A stretch of 64,000 nt of DNA from Laetmonice hystrix (Eukaryota). Location of the stretch: positions 32,364,001 to 32,428,000 of the forward strand of contig OZ249438.1 of the NCBI GenBank assembly GCA_965235115.1. Direction: 5' to 3'. The notes beneath the pieces were generated by a model. The model was not told the DNA's origin. It was given only the letters and a program-made list of their open reading frames with translations, and did no database searches. The stretch's first letter is position 1, and every line of letters starts with the position of its first letter. This document shows, in pieces, positions 1-13,200 of this stretch. Both the position numbers and the translations under genes were made by a program.

Positions 1-1789
1 TCCCTCACCTGTCCGTCAGGCCCCCGTCACCTGGCTCCACTCCACCATTCTCCACATGGCACAGACACTACTTGTACAGCATTGTTTCTGTCCCACCCAT
101 TATTCTCTGTGTACAGTCGGTAAAATCGCCTTGTCAACCAGGCCCCGGGCAGCACAGGTCAACAGATTTAACTACAACCATGCTGATTTATCGGGCAAGA
201 CCCTGGACTGTGCTTTGTACACATTCTGACAATGCTACGCCCTGAACCCCATTTCTACGGGGCTGTGCCTTGATGGAACCCTTGTCCAGAAAGTTAAACA
301 CAGCTGAGATTTGTCTTTCGCTCCAAGTTTAAATTCTGGCCATTAATTAAGTCTATACAGGGAGGTCCAAACCTTACGTAAAGCTTGATCTTTCCTGATT
401 GCGCTTTTGGTAAACACTAGTCCATGACCCTGACCATTAGGATGTTCTGATCGAAGTGATTGGCAGAGCCTTTCGGAAAGCTATTAGATGTCTCTGAAGA
501 TAACATTTGAAGAACTGCTGTCAGAAGATATCTGGATAAGGATGACTCACAGATCTAGGAGTCTAATGGGTTCACGTATCTGGACACTGGAAACCTTGGT
601 GTGATTCTCCAGTCAGATAAGGGTTTACACATCTCAATGCAACCAGAGCTCCAATCACCGGTTTTGTTTCCATGTCTGGAGTCCAGAGAGTGGTACATCA
701 ATCACTTCCGAAGTGGTTCTATTCATGTCGGCAGAGACTGACTGCACCACGAATATCAACCCTCGGGCTCAGGCGTTGGAATGTCAACCTTCGTGCCTTG
801 TGGCGGTCCTACAGCTTATGGATTGTCTAATCTTAGATACTCGTCCAAATCATAGAGAAAACGCAAACCAACATCTCGGGTGAAAAGGAACAATAGCTTG
901 TGTGGCAAGAATAACGGCGTATATTACGCTTGCTAAGATTTATGAGGACCTTGTATTCAGACATGGAAACATGAAGAACAACGCAATAAGCACACGGCCT
1001 ACGTCACTGTGGCGCTGTCCCTCGGTCCCCACGACAGACGTAGTAATCGCCTCAACTAAATGATATCTCCAAGGTAGGCAGATAACCTCTTCCTTGATTC
1101 TCTGACTAGAGGAAGGATTACCTTTGGATCTGTGACCAGGACATAATGATGCCTACCCGAAGCAAAATGTCCGTATCAAAGAAAAGTTGATGTTGATGTC
1201 CTAATGAGGAATGTTTAGACACAAGATGTAGTATTACGTACACGCAGTGATTAGTGAACATGTAAAAAGATACCTAATGAGGTAGGACAGGCACGTGGTG
1301 TTTGCGTTAGGTTTATCAAGTACAGCAGGGCTGATATTCACTATAATCAGACAGTGATCGACAGTTTGGTCGATTAAAGAATGTGATCACAGAGGGAGGC
1401 ATCCAGAATATCATCACAGAGGGATGAACTGATGATCCGATCGTGTGATTATCTCAGGACAAGGGCGTTTTATAACAACCTATAGGTATAATCGTTCAGG
1501 TATGTCAGTTGAGTTGGCCACCTGAAAAATGCTGGGAATTTTTCTGTCAAGAGTACTACATGGATGGCTGATTTAGACAGGTATATGTTTGTATTGAGGG
1601 ATATTGGATCATGCCATTATAGACATGTTGGATAGAAGCGAAGTGTGCGAGTTGTTTGGGTAGTTTCTCTAGGAAACGTGACCGGCTGAGGTGGTCTCCC
1701 TCAGGGTTTGCAGTGGAGCAGACAACCTGTAAGATTCACCTTCACGGCCGACCTGTTCTACATGCCAGCTGTTACTGCCTCCATCCATA

Positions 1790-1990
1790 CAGAGCGGCCG
1801 TTGACGACTGGGACTCCCCGGCCCAGCCTGGTCTCCCGGCCCCCTACACCGCCCCCCCCCCGCCCCCCGGGCCCCGGACAGTGGTCGTGCGGGGCAGGCG
1901 GTGCGGTACACTTGCACCGAGAGCGATGGTGACCTCTGGTCCCGTCATTGTGCCGGGATCCCACAAGATGGCGTGAGGACGGGCGGAGTG
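1790..1990 (+). promoter_or_regulatory. GC/CpG-rich island, possible upstream promoter or 5' exon of DAAM
   Basis: GC boxes (CCGCCC, GGGCGG), poly-C, YY1-type CAAGATGGCG 1964-1973 followed by a GTGAGG donor-like site. Confidence 0.35.
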
Positions 1991-3696
1991 CCCTCCCAGG
2001 CCGTCAGCACTGGCTCGTCCATCATATTCCACAGTTCGGAGACACATATGTCGTGTGACTGAGCGATCCCCCCCTCCGCATTATAGCTCCAGTGATAGGT
2101 ATGGGTCCATATGGTTGTGTTGAACCTGAAGAGTCTTGGATTAAAGGTTAAATCTCGGTCTTGGCCAAGCAACATCTAAACGCTATACATGTAACTACTT
2201 TTTTAATTATTGAGTGGATCCATCATTTCCTGCTTTCCTGGAAAACGGCACTCTATGCACGACATAATGCTTTTAGTTGAAACACGTGTGGTGGAGTTAG
2301 GTGGATGGGAAACGTGCATCTGTGCTGTTCTTTCTGTCTTTGATCTGAGGGAGCCAGTTAATTGTGTGACAGACCAAAACCAAGTAACCCTATGACAAGT
2401 TTCCTGGGGAGAACGCAACGATTAGTAGGGTGTATTTAAAATTCTGGTATAATTTATAAAAGGCTGTAACTGTTCAGGAGGTTTTGGTTAGAAAAGGCAC
2501 ATTAAGAATGCTGAAGTAGTTTGGCATCTTTGAATTTTTTTAGCCCTCAGTATGAAAAACCTGATTTGAAGGGCACTCGAGGTTTATCAGGAATTAAGAA
2601 CTTACTTGGAACCAGTAATTAGATATACATGTACTACTAATGTAAGGCACCATTTAATCAAACATGGATGTTTATGTACACCTGTGATTACGAGCTTGTG
2701 ATTCATTCTTTGCACGAAATAAGAAAAACAAACCAAAACCGTGCCGTGTATAATTTATACCAATGTTAATCGGCGTTGGATGCAAGTGAATGTTTTCGGT
2801 CTACAGATACTTGAATTGTTAATAGTTGCATTATTGATTACATCGGAGAGTAATCATTGAGCAGGAGAAGCATTCGTATGGTGAATGTATAATGAGATCG
2901 AGGAAACACTCGTAGTCAAGTCGAGACGAGCTGAAATTTAATACGTCTGTCACTGGGCTGGAGGGAAATAAAGGAATTGTGGCTGTCAGCTGTCTAAAAC
3001 ACAACGAGATAGTGGGCTTCTTACACAAAGTAATCTTACATCAAATTATTATTTGACAATCAACATCTGAGTAATATTGAGATGAGTTGCATGTAATAGG
3101 CGCGCTCGCCAGCAGACAAGTAGTCATGAGAGATAGAGAGTTTATGTAAGACCGTGTAAGTAGTATATAAGTTGGGGGCACTGAACAGCTAAACTGGAGT
3201 GACGCTGACGTCATGCGGGCAATCGATGCATGGGAACGTTGGCAAATTTTGTTTAGGGCTGAGGCCTTGCATCTAATAATTGAGGGCTCAGCTAATGGGG
3301 CATCAGCTTCAAACTTGACCGCGTTAGACTTGACCTGGAAAACTTTACCATTTGGAGCGTTTCAGATTTGGTTTTTCAGCTGGGTGAGTTGGATAAGGTT
3401 TGGTGAACACGGGAGATAGAAAGTCCATTGGTTTGACGCCAGAATGTTTGTGAGGTCCTGACAGGGCGGAAGCTGAATGATTGGAGTCTGCTGACCTTGA
3501 GTTGCCCTTGAGGGCGGGTATTAGGTGGAAGGTATCTTAATTAATTGTCCATTTTCTCTCGGACACTTTGAGGCCTTTAGCTTTCAACATTACATCTAGA
3601 TACTAGATACATCCATGTGTATAAGTATGGAACGATGGTGATTTCTGATGGACCGGCAGGCGGTCGGTCGTCGTACAGCTGTCTCAGGCGATAGGT

Positions 3697-3772
3697 ATAC
3701 ACATCTGTAACACACATACACATCTGTAACACACATACACATCTGTAACACACATACACATCTGTACCACAC
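3697..3772. repeat. 19-bp minisatellite x4 (ATACACATCTGTAACACAC)
   Basis: Four consecutive near-identical units. Confidence 0.95.
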
Positions 3773-4300
3773 AGTACACGGCCTGACACACTTGTGACTT
3801 CGGTCAGAGTCATGACCTGGGCCCGAAGTGGATTCAGTGCCTAGCAACACTTCACAACCGTGAAGGCTCTATCGTGTCAACCTTTGCCTACCTCTCAAAC
3901 CAGGCTCTTGGATCAGTTCGCAAAGAATGAAGTGCCCCTCGTAACCTATTCCGGTAGTTCAATTCCATTTATAAATAGTAAATGCTTTTATTAATCCATC
4001 CCGTCAAAATCAAAGTACATGTATATCACTTTGTCCTTATACTATACAACGAGATAGCTAGGCCGTAAAGTATGGTTTAGTTCGGGTTATCAGGTATCAC
4101 ACATGTAAATCTGTTTTTACCGTGTGTCTGTGACCTTGGAATGGTTGTTCCTTATTGTCACAGATATTATGTGAGTTGTCACGCACAAGCGTGCATGCAA
4201 CATGTGGTGCTAACCCACCTGTAACATTAGAACTGATGACCCAGTTTTGGTGAAGCGCCAGCCGATCCGGTTTGTGAGCCGAGTATTGACATGCTGCTCG

Positions 4301-4633
4301 CCCCCGCCCTGTCCCAGGTAATGTCTCAGAGTGTCGCTGCCCCCCCCCCCGCCCTGTCCCAGGTAATGTGTCAGGTAATGTCTCAGAGTGTCGCTGCCCC
4401 CCCCCGCCCCGTCCCAGGTAATGTGTCAGGTAATGTGTCAGAGTGTCGCTGCCCCCCCGCCCCGTCCCAGGTAATGGGTCAGGTGATGTCTCAGAGTGTC
4501 GCTGCCCCCTCCCCCGCCCTGGCCCAGGTAATGTGTCAGGTAATGTGTCAGAGTGTCGCTGCCCCCCGCCCCGTCCCAGGTAATGTGTCGGGTAATGTCT
4601 CAGAGTGTCGCTGCCCCCCCCCCCCCCCCCGCC
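4301..4633. repeat. GC-rich composite minisatellite, 6 units (CCCGCCC(T/C)GTCCCAGGTAATGTGT[CAGGTAATGT]CTCAGAGTGTCGCTG-polyC)
   Basis: Units vary by an internal 12-bp sub-duplication and poly-C length. Confidence 0.95.
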
Positions 4634-4953
4634 GCACTCATGCAGGCGGTGGCTCGGGTAACCCCCATTTCTCCAGCATCTTGAACTCTTCTGTCGGTTT
4701 CATGGAGAGCTTTCATGGAGAGCTGACAACGGTCGAGCACGTCGCCGTTTGCTGCATTATTTAGCGTCTCTATATATTGATAGAAGCAGGTGTAACAAAG
4801 GTGAACAATTGGGGGGGGGCACATATCAAACATGTCCGACCCCCCCCCCCCTCCCCCAGCTCTCCCTCCCCGCCGCCGCCGGTGTCTAAATGATCCTAGC
4901 AGTCCATAGCGGGCTGGAGATATGTCTGTAGTGGAGAATGTCTGAGTGCTGTC

Positions 4954-5149
4954 TGTTCAGGTGTGAGGGTGGGGGTGGTGGGTCAAGGTGTGAGGGTGGG
5001 GGGTGGTGGGTCATTGTGTTCATGTGTGAGCGTGGGGGTGGTGGGTCAAGGTGTGAGGGTGGGGGTGGTGGGTCAAGGTGTGAGGGTGGGGGTGGTGGGT
5101 CATTGTGTTCAGGTGTGAGGGTGGGGGTGGGGGTGGTGGGGCATTGTGT
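4954..5149. repeat. G-rich 27-bp minisatellite x6 (AGGTGTGAGGGTGGGGGTGGTGGGTCA)
   Basis: Unit starts about 4959, 4986, 5022, 5049, 5076, 5111, with an occasional TTGTGTTC spacer. Confidence 0.93.
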
Positions 5150-6434
5150 CTGGAGGAATAGCTTTGATCCCCACCATGACAGGGGATCAAGGTGTCAGTG
5201 TGTGTATTCATCAGAAATCGCATGTAATAATAATACATTTAATCATAATTACTTTGCTGGTGGGTAAGCGGTAGATAGGTATTAAATCTAATTAGCGCTG
5301 GGTTTCTTAGCTTTGTCTATTTATACCTACTGATTAAACAACACCATAAGTTTCTGGGAAACAATATATATTTAAGGGCAGGTGACCCACATAGATTTCT
5401 GGCCCTATTGTAAGCAAAGGAAAAGGGGCACAACGTCATAATTGACCTACTTTCCCAGATGTGCTTCCCTATGTTGCCCAACCATTAAGGGAAGGCGTGA
5501 CATGGCCTTCTTTTTGTGTGATATAGGCTGTCTAAAGGCTAGGATCTGGCTTATTTATGTAGGGGTGAAAAACAAGGGTTAACAAAGGACAGGAACATAC
5601 AGAGGGTCGGGTCGGTACAAGTGGTTGGCACGTGGTATGATCTCTGTCCTGATCAAACACCTCACCTGGTGCATGTCTACATCACGCTGCTTGCATTTGT
5701 TTCAAATCTTCAGGGACTTTATACATAACACATTTGTTTCAATTGATGTTCTGTAGAGTAGAATATGCTAGTGTAGTCCAAAATTAAAAATCCAAGCAGG
5801 TGACCCACATGCAAGTTTAAACAAAAGAAGCCCATATCGTCAAAGCATTGTGTCTGTCTGGCAGTGGTTTTTGATAATTTTGTTTATTTCATTTTTTGGA
5901 AAAACTCCTTCATGTTTTCTGTCCGTTTGTCTGCACGGTTGAGCCTGTGTGTCCAGATGTAGAACAGGAAGAATCGGGAATTGACCGAAACAGCATTATT
6001 GCCGGCAACTCAATATTGTGTGAATAAATATGTGAGCAGGCCACGTGTTCGGGGTACAGACCTCTCCTCAGGGAGCGCACGTCATCCCTGGCCCCACGTC
6101 CATGGCTGCCCCACCACCATCAGTCTAGACATCGTCCACCCAGTGCCTGCTAACTGACATTGTACCAGGATCTAGAGATAGATGACGACCTGTGAAAGCA
6201 GGTGGAGTGTCCGCATTAGGTGGTGAGCCCCTTGAGCCGGTCGAGTTGGAGATCCGTACGACAGTTTGTGGGTCTGTCGGAGAGAGAACCCTGCTTAGTG
6301 CAGTCTCCAGTTCATTGTCTGCCACAGACGGGCGACCGAACCAACGTGCAGTCAACAAATGCATCCATCGGCGATGACTCATGCATGCTGGGCGACCTGC
6401 TTCTGAAGCAAGCCTTGCCGACCGGTAGCTAGAG

Positions 6435-6461
6435 CAGCAGTAGCAGCAGCAGCAGCAGCAG
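6435..6461. repeat. (CAG)2 TAG (CAG)6 microsatellite
   Basis: Read directly. Confidence 0.9.
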
Positions 6462-7087
6462 CCAGCCCTGGAGACGTGCAGGCAATGATTGCTCCAGCCT
6501 TGCCCTGCCTCAGACAGGAACCGTACGGAGTCAGGAGCCCGGGATATGTTTAGCACAGGGATATAGGGAGTGACCCAGTGTCGGCACCATGCACATGTGA
6601 GTACCAACATCAAAGGATTCCGCTCAATTAGCCGCCACAGGGATGTGGCAGGGGTCGGCGTGTGGCGGCCAGACTCCTCGTCAGGCAGTGAGCCCAGGCC
6701 ATGGACAGCAACACCAACACCCGACCGACCCACCGACAACGCCCGTGTTCACCCACCTGCATATAGCACCTTTTTGGGGAGGGTGTTTCACTGAAAACAT
6801 AACCCGGGGCCCCCAAAGACCACCTGTATGTTAAATAACGGTGTATGGGATGGCATACTTCTTCCGTTTATGCCAAGAACACGGTGACAGACTGACCGTA
6901 CAGGTATAAATAGGGGATAGCAGTGTGTGATGTAAGTGTGTAAAGGTATACACGTATTGTAACCAATGTAACACACTGTCATCGACTGTTCAACTGCAAG
7001 ACCTCGTGTCCCAGCTGTAGCAGTGTATGTGGATGATGTGATAATATGAAACGTTTTTCGTTTTGTAGGCTGGGGAAGTCCGTGAGG

Positions 7088-7249
7088 ATGCCGGGGAAGA
7101 ACGGCTTCTGCTGGTGCTTCGGGGGCACGGCACCCCCGGAAATATCCTACGGCATAGAGAACGGCGGAATGACATTAAAACCCATAGAAGTGGAGATACC
7201 AATGCCGCAAGATGAAGAGGAGCTCAACGCGAAATTTGCAGAGCTTGTG
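7088..7249 (+). CDS. DAAM: DAAM coding exon 1 ([13 protein letters not shown]...[12 protein letters not shown])
   Basis: Acceptor ttttgtag before 7069, ATG 7088, donor GTAAGT at 7250; resembles DAAM1 N-terminus (FCCF...PEITY...EELDVMFSELV). Confidence 0.9.
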
Positions 7250-10200
7250 GTAAGTGGAATTGTTTTATATAGTCTGCATAATATTATGTCAGAAGATAAG
7301 ATTTACATGAAAGAGTATGAGTAAGATGAAAAAGAGGTGCTTGAGCCTAAGCTGGCGGTTATGTATCCTGCTGACAAATAGTGAAAGTTGCCGACAATTG
7401 TGGGGTAATAGCAGGAAGCTGTTAAAGCTGAGAGGTCAGAGTTCAGCGTACTGGTGAACTGCCTTCATTACATGAGCTCAGTCGGGCAAGGTGGGCGGAG
7501 ATCTTAAAGCTTGGTAACTTTCCCCTCAGGATATAACATTTCCCGCCCCCTCTTGATGAGATGAGATCCTGGGCTCCAGAGACAAGATGGGGCCACCTCT
7601 CTGCAGCCTCACAAAGACCATGTAGTTTTGTATTCGTGTAGATAGGCATCCTCTGAGTTTTTTCTTATCCAGTCATTTCTGTGTCGTGTTGGGATATAGA
7701 ATTCAGTTCACATACGTATTCATAAATCAGTACAGCCTGGTGAATGTCAGGTGTCCTACATGACCTCATCTTTCCGTAAATAAAAGGATTCCTTCTAGGG
7801 AGAGGTAAGTTCTTGTATTCGTGCTGCTCCCAGCAGAGTCTCCATTGGTATCTGAGTGAGGGACCCACCAGAATATTAATGACATTGTAAGCCACCTGGC
7901 CATACAACCATAAATCTTTTACTACCTACTCCTCCGTATGGCATAAATTATATATTATTAGAAAACATATTTCACCATAACAAGACGTTTCGTGTCGATG
8001 ATTGTAGCTGAGGATACAACATTGAGGCTGGATTATGCTGCATACTGATTGGACAGGCCTTTCGAACACCAGAGCCAGTGGTGGTACGATTTCTCATTTT
8101 GTGAGCCTGACTGAACCAATTGGAGAATCTATAACTCAGAATAGGATTTTTGAGATTTTGATATTTCATATGTGACGCTACTGGCGTTTATGTGGGTGAT
8201 CCGTGCACAGGGACATATTTAAAGACGGTAAGATTCTTACATAGGCTCAAACATAACAGTTGCTGTGGTATAATAGAGATACTTGAGAACGAAAGTTCTA
8301 ATATTACCTGAAGGCAGCTTATGTTTTATCATGCTATATTGTCATGGCAACATACTGAATTTAATATAGCAAGTACCTGGTACACCATTATTAGTGTCGG
8401 GGTAGTTCGAGCAGCTGTAAGGAACATCCTCCTACATTGAACTAATATAAAGGCCAATCTGATCTTAATCGGTGGCTATGTATTATGTTAGCCATAATAT
8501 GGCTAACAGAGTCGAACACAACTCAGTTGATGTCAGGTAATACTAGCAGAATTTTATTTTGCAACATTAGCAGTCTAGAACAGTACATGTATTTGTTTTT
8601 GACATTAAGCTATATTACGCACCCGGGTATGGAAGAGTGGGTCATCTCGACCGAGGAGCCGAAGTAAAGAAGAAAGTCGGCCCAGCAGTTCTCGAGGTAG
8701 TTTTCCTGATAGATTGATGCGGGATGGTGTTGAGGTTCGGTAATGGTGGCCACTGTACAGCTGATGATGCCTTGTCACACCAATTGCTCGTCTTATGTCG
8801 TTCACTGCTGGCGGTATAGCTGGGAGGGATCGAGTGGTGGCTAGCAGCTCACACAGTCAGACCATTCACTGAAAGCTGGTGTCAGCGAGCGGGGGCGGGG
8901 CGAATGGTCGTGACAGATCTCCGTCTAGAGAGTGGCTGAAGGAACATATACAGCCGCTCGCCCCGAGCATTGCTGTCAGAGGGCAGCGGCAGGAAAACTG
9001 ATGACCTCAAATTTGTTCCTATTATCGTACATAGAAATCACTGAGCACTTAGGCACCCATTTCTGACTGTAGTGCCTGCTTCGGATTTGGGATATAGATG
9101 TGTGCGAAACGTGCCACTTGAGTATGATGGGCGTTATTACTGTTCAGAAACATACATTTTGACGGTCAGTATTGATAGCATGGGGGCCTACATAGGGCAT
9201 AATGTAGCATAGCGATCACAGATTTAGTATGAAATCATGGTGGACTAAATATAATAGGGACAAAGCACAGCTCTACATAACGTACAGCACTGATGAGATT
9301 ATAGTTTCGAGATGATATTTCATCCTAATTTATGGCAAAATGGTTTTGACATTATCCAGCATAATACTGTCCGTGCATGAAGAATTTCTCAAGCATGTAA
9401 TGTAATGTAATGTAGCAGAACAAAGGTTGTATACGGTAAGCAGGCTGGGATCCTCACACCTTCACGTCCACCCGTATAATTGGTCCGGAAAACGAACCCC
9501 ACTTTTCCCCTGCTAAGACAGTGCAGAGGTGTCGCACGGGTTATAGACAGGTAACCTTACGGGCTCGGGGCTATATTTTTCCCACAGACCTACACTGGAG
9601 ACTGAAGTTCATGGTCACTGGCAGAGCTGAGGTCGGGGTGGCGGTCCTTTGAACTCAAGGTGTAAGATCCTTGGCTTCGAGTCTGGGGGAAACCAAAGGA
9701 AACCACCTCTGTCGTAACTGATACCGTGCAGAAACTGCTCCTTGTGGGCGTTATACATTATAAATATATATTGACAATGTTAGTCTATAGACTTGCGGTA
9801 TGTTGTTTGAACCTGAATGGTGGGACAGAATCCCTCCCCATGTCGATTCATTTCACACAGTTTATAACCAAAGATTATGAGAAATTGATAACAGTTGTAG
9901 GGACAAGATCTTATGCCCCCTTCCCACCCCTCAGTACTTTTTAAGTGCTAAGTAAGAGATTCCCACATTTGCAGTAGAGCTGAGGAATGCCTTCCTAAGC
10001 AGCCTAAGCTCTCAACAATAAGTGCCCTCTGATTGTTGTATACCGTAGTCAGATGGAAAGAAATCGTCGGATTCAAGTGTTCCGTTATGACTTGTACATT
10101 CGATGTAAACCGCTTAGAGGAAGGAAGGCTTTTAACAAGGCAGTAGGTTCACACCACTGGCCTGGCTGAGGTGTTCTCGTTTGGTCTCCTCAGTAGACTG

Positions 10201-13200
10201 GTGTTATAACCAAGGATCACCACTGAGCATCTGGCACCAACTTCTGGCACATAAATATCAGCGGTACAGAGGGAGCCAAATTAACACCAAGGCGCCGTAC
10301 ATCAGTTGGCCATTTACTGAGCTTACGGTACTTGTGGCTTGGTAACATATCGACAGACACGTCGGGGTTGTTTGTATAGACGGACGAGTTGGGATCCTAG
10401 ACTGTATGCTTGCTACAGTCGGCCGTGCTGGTGTAAAATTTATAGTGGAGAAAACTTAAGATCTCAGATGTCAGATTGGAGAACGTAGAACTGTGTTGCC
10501 CAGCTTCAAGTATTATATAAAGGATGAATGAAAGGACACTTATCATTCAGTAGTTTCTCTTGTTGATATTCCGGCTATTTCTGTCTTAGCCCCCCATTTC
10601 GATGTTATGTAAGAGTGGATAAAACGGTATTAACCTCTAGTGGTAAAGCTCTATAAAGCCCCACTCGAGTCTTGTGTATGCTAAGAATAAGTAGCACGGA
10701 CCAAGCGACAGTAGTTGCACATTTCGTGCATGGTCAGTCAGTCTGAAGGCATTGATAATAGTAGGGGTGACTAGAATGATATACAGTCCCTAGATGATGC
10801 TATTTACGTTGTACGTCTCCCTGTACAATGCCCTAGGTTGCATATTTCTGTCAACACATTCCCTAGATTCTTCAGGCAAGGTTTACCTCTCAATATAGAA
10901 AAACAATCTCTCGTTCATTTCACTTACATGTCAGACGATTTATTTCTGAATCGCTTCACAACATTTAAAATATATTCAGCCTTTCTGTTAGCTGTTTTGA
11001 CTTTGTCTGTCCTGTGGTGACCTTGAATGCTGTAAAAACTTCTCTGAGACAACTTGGCTAGAAAAAAGAATTTTGCACCTGTGGTATTGCATGAACCTGG
11101 TTTGATTATACGCAGTGAAGGGATGGGTTCAGCTCTTAACAAAGACTTCCCTGTGACATTTTTAGGACCTTAACCATTGACCCAGCTTGGGGTTAAACTT
11201 TGAAAATACCTTGTTCTTTTATCTCACAAATCCTTGCTCACATCTATAGTGTTTCTCTGTCCGGAAGGTGTCCCAAGTGGACAATAGAAGAATCATCTGA
11301 CACTCTGTAGATTGTTGTCTCAGAGGACTGGCCCAAAGCCCTGAGATTCTGGCATTGTGTTGCACTTGTCAGTCCTCGGCAAAACTTAGTTTGGAAATGA
11401 GATTTGTTAGACGTATGACGATAAAATTCTGTAAAACCTACATCACACAAGAATAAACAGGCGCTGATCCAGGGGCGTGGGTGGCGCACGCCCCCCCCCC
11501 CCCCTTAAAAAAAAATAGGTGAAAAAAAAGCAGTTTACTTTATTTTTGGATAAAATATTCACCAAATTGCAGGAAAATGCATCTAACATTTCAAAAGTTT
11601 CTGGAGACAAGCCCCTACACCTCTCTAGAGGGGCGCGCACGTGCGGTGGTGTGCACTGCTAGTTTACCATTCAAACCCCACGCCCCCCTTTCCAAAATCC
11701 TGGATCCGCCTCTGATAAATACTCCATTCCATGAGTCAAGAAGGAGACAAAACATAAAAAGTCGTAGTCTTTGTATAGCACATTTCAAGGCTAAAAACAT
11801 TCATTCTGTCAGTGTCATACCTGTCTAGACTAACCTTGAGTCCTAGTTGTGTTGACCCCCACTCCTCCGCTGTTATACAGTGGTCTGAGTTATTCATATG
11901 TCCTTTATTTATGACTGCTATTATTGGGCCTCGATTCCAATATAACCATGATTCAGGGAGATAATACAAGGGAATGTTTCCTGAGAGAGGCAAGGCGTGC
12001 ATAACCGTTATTGCTCTCCGACTGTTACACCGTACGGTTTTCGATATAATTGCAGGTAGTCACCGACGGGTAGGAATTCTTCAAAGTGTACAAAGGGATT
12101 TTACGATGAGTTCATATGTATGGCACTAATAGAGGGCCAATGATGTTTTCTACACTCTTCATTCCTTTTTCACTTCTGAAGTGCGAGGTCAATGACCTTG
12201 AGCTGAAAGTCAAAGGTGAGACTCCTCCCGTCTTGTGATGTTTGTATGGAATCGGGCGTTGTCTGTCGGACTGATGCCAGAACACGGTCCCTAGTGTCCA
12301 CGACACGGCCACCGACACACGACAGAAAGTCGTTCTCCGGGATATCACTCAAAGCTATTGGCAAACGTTCGGTCAAGGAAAATAACTGAAATAACTGCAG
12401 ATTGACATAAAAAAAATAGGATTTGTTTCAACAATAGGAATTAACCGTCCGTGAGCTGGTTTTGAAGCCAGAAGATATCGGCTAGACGAGATTGGCACGT
12501 CGACACTGGCCTGTGGTAACAGATAGTCAATGGAGCTGGTCAGTGGTACATAGTGGGGGACGAACGGGGACCAAATGGTGATAGAAACTCCAACCAATGG
12601 GACGAACGGGGACCAAATGGTGATAGTAACTCCAACCAATGGGACGAACGGGGACCAAATGGTGATAGTAACTCCAACCAATGGGACGAACGGGGACCAA
12701 ATGGTGATAGTAACTCCAAGCGATGTTCTGTCCACACTTCAGTCTCCTGGGACCTGGGACTGTACTTTGTGACCTTCGCCTTTGGATGCGTCCATTTTCA
12801 TCATGAGACCAGAGAGACTTCTGGTGCCCCCTCCCACCCCGGCCCATGCAGCCCCCCCCCCCCCGTCCCCCCTCACCCCCAGCTCAGAAAACCTGTCATC
12901 GGTCGTGAGTCAGACACTGTCGTAATCAATTGGAACAAGGGCTTCATTTGAAGACAGATGGCCGTGGTCTGTCTGTCTGTCTGTCTGTCTGTGCGTTCAC
13001 GAGGCTCGATCCTACCCGAATGTTGCCAGGAGACCAGTCGCATCATGCAATAAACCAAGGCTGAACAAAACAGTGCCTACACCGGAAAATACCCTGTATC
13101 TGTACCTGCGATCAGTTGAACACCATACCTGAGGAGAAGAATGAATAGCATCAGGACTTGGTTACATTCCGAGGTGCCATGTTCATTTTACTGACTACCA

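Noticed and set aside
2831-3028. FLDLII resembling a reverse-transcriptase motif
   Set aside because: Only six residues; no YADD or other RT motifs.
6125-6739. 204-aa minus-strand ORF with poly-Cys
   Set aside because: No recognisable domain; the poly-Cys is the antisense CAG tract; starts at a non-ATG codon in GC-rich DNA.
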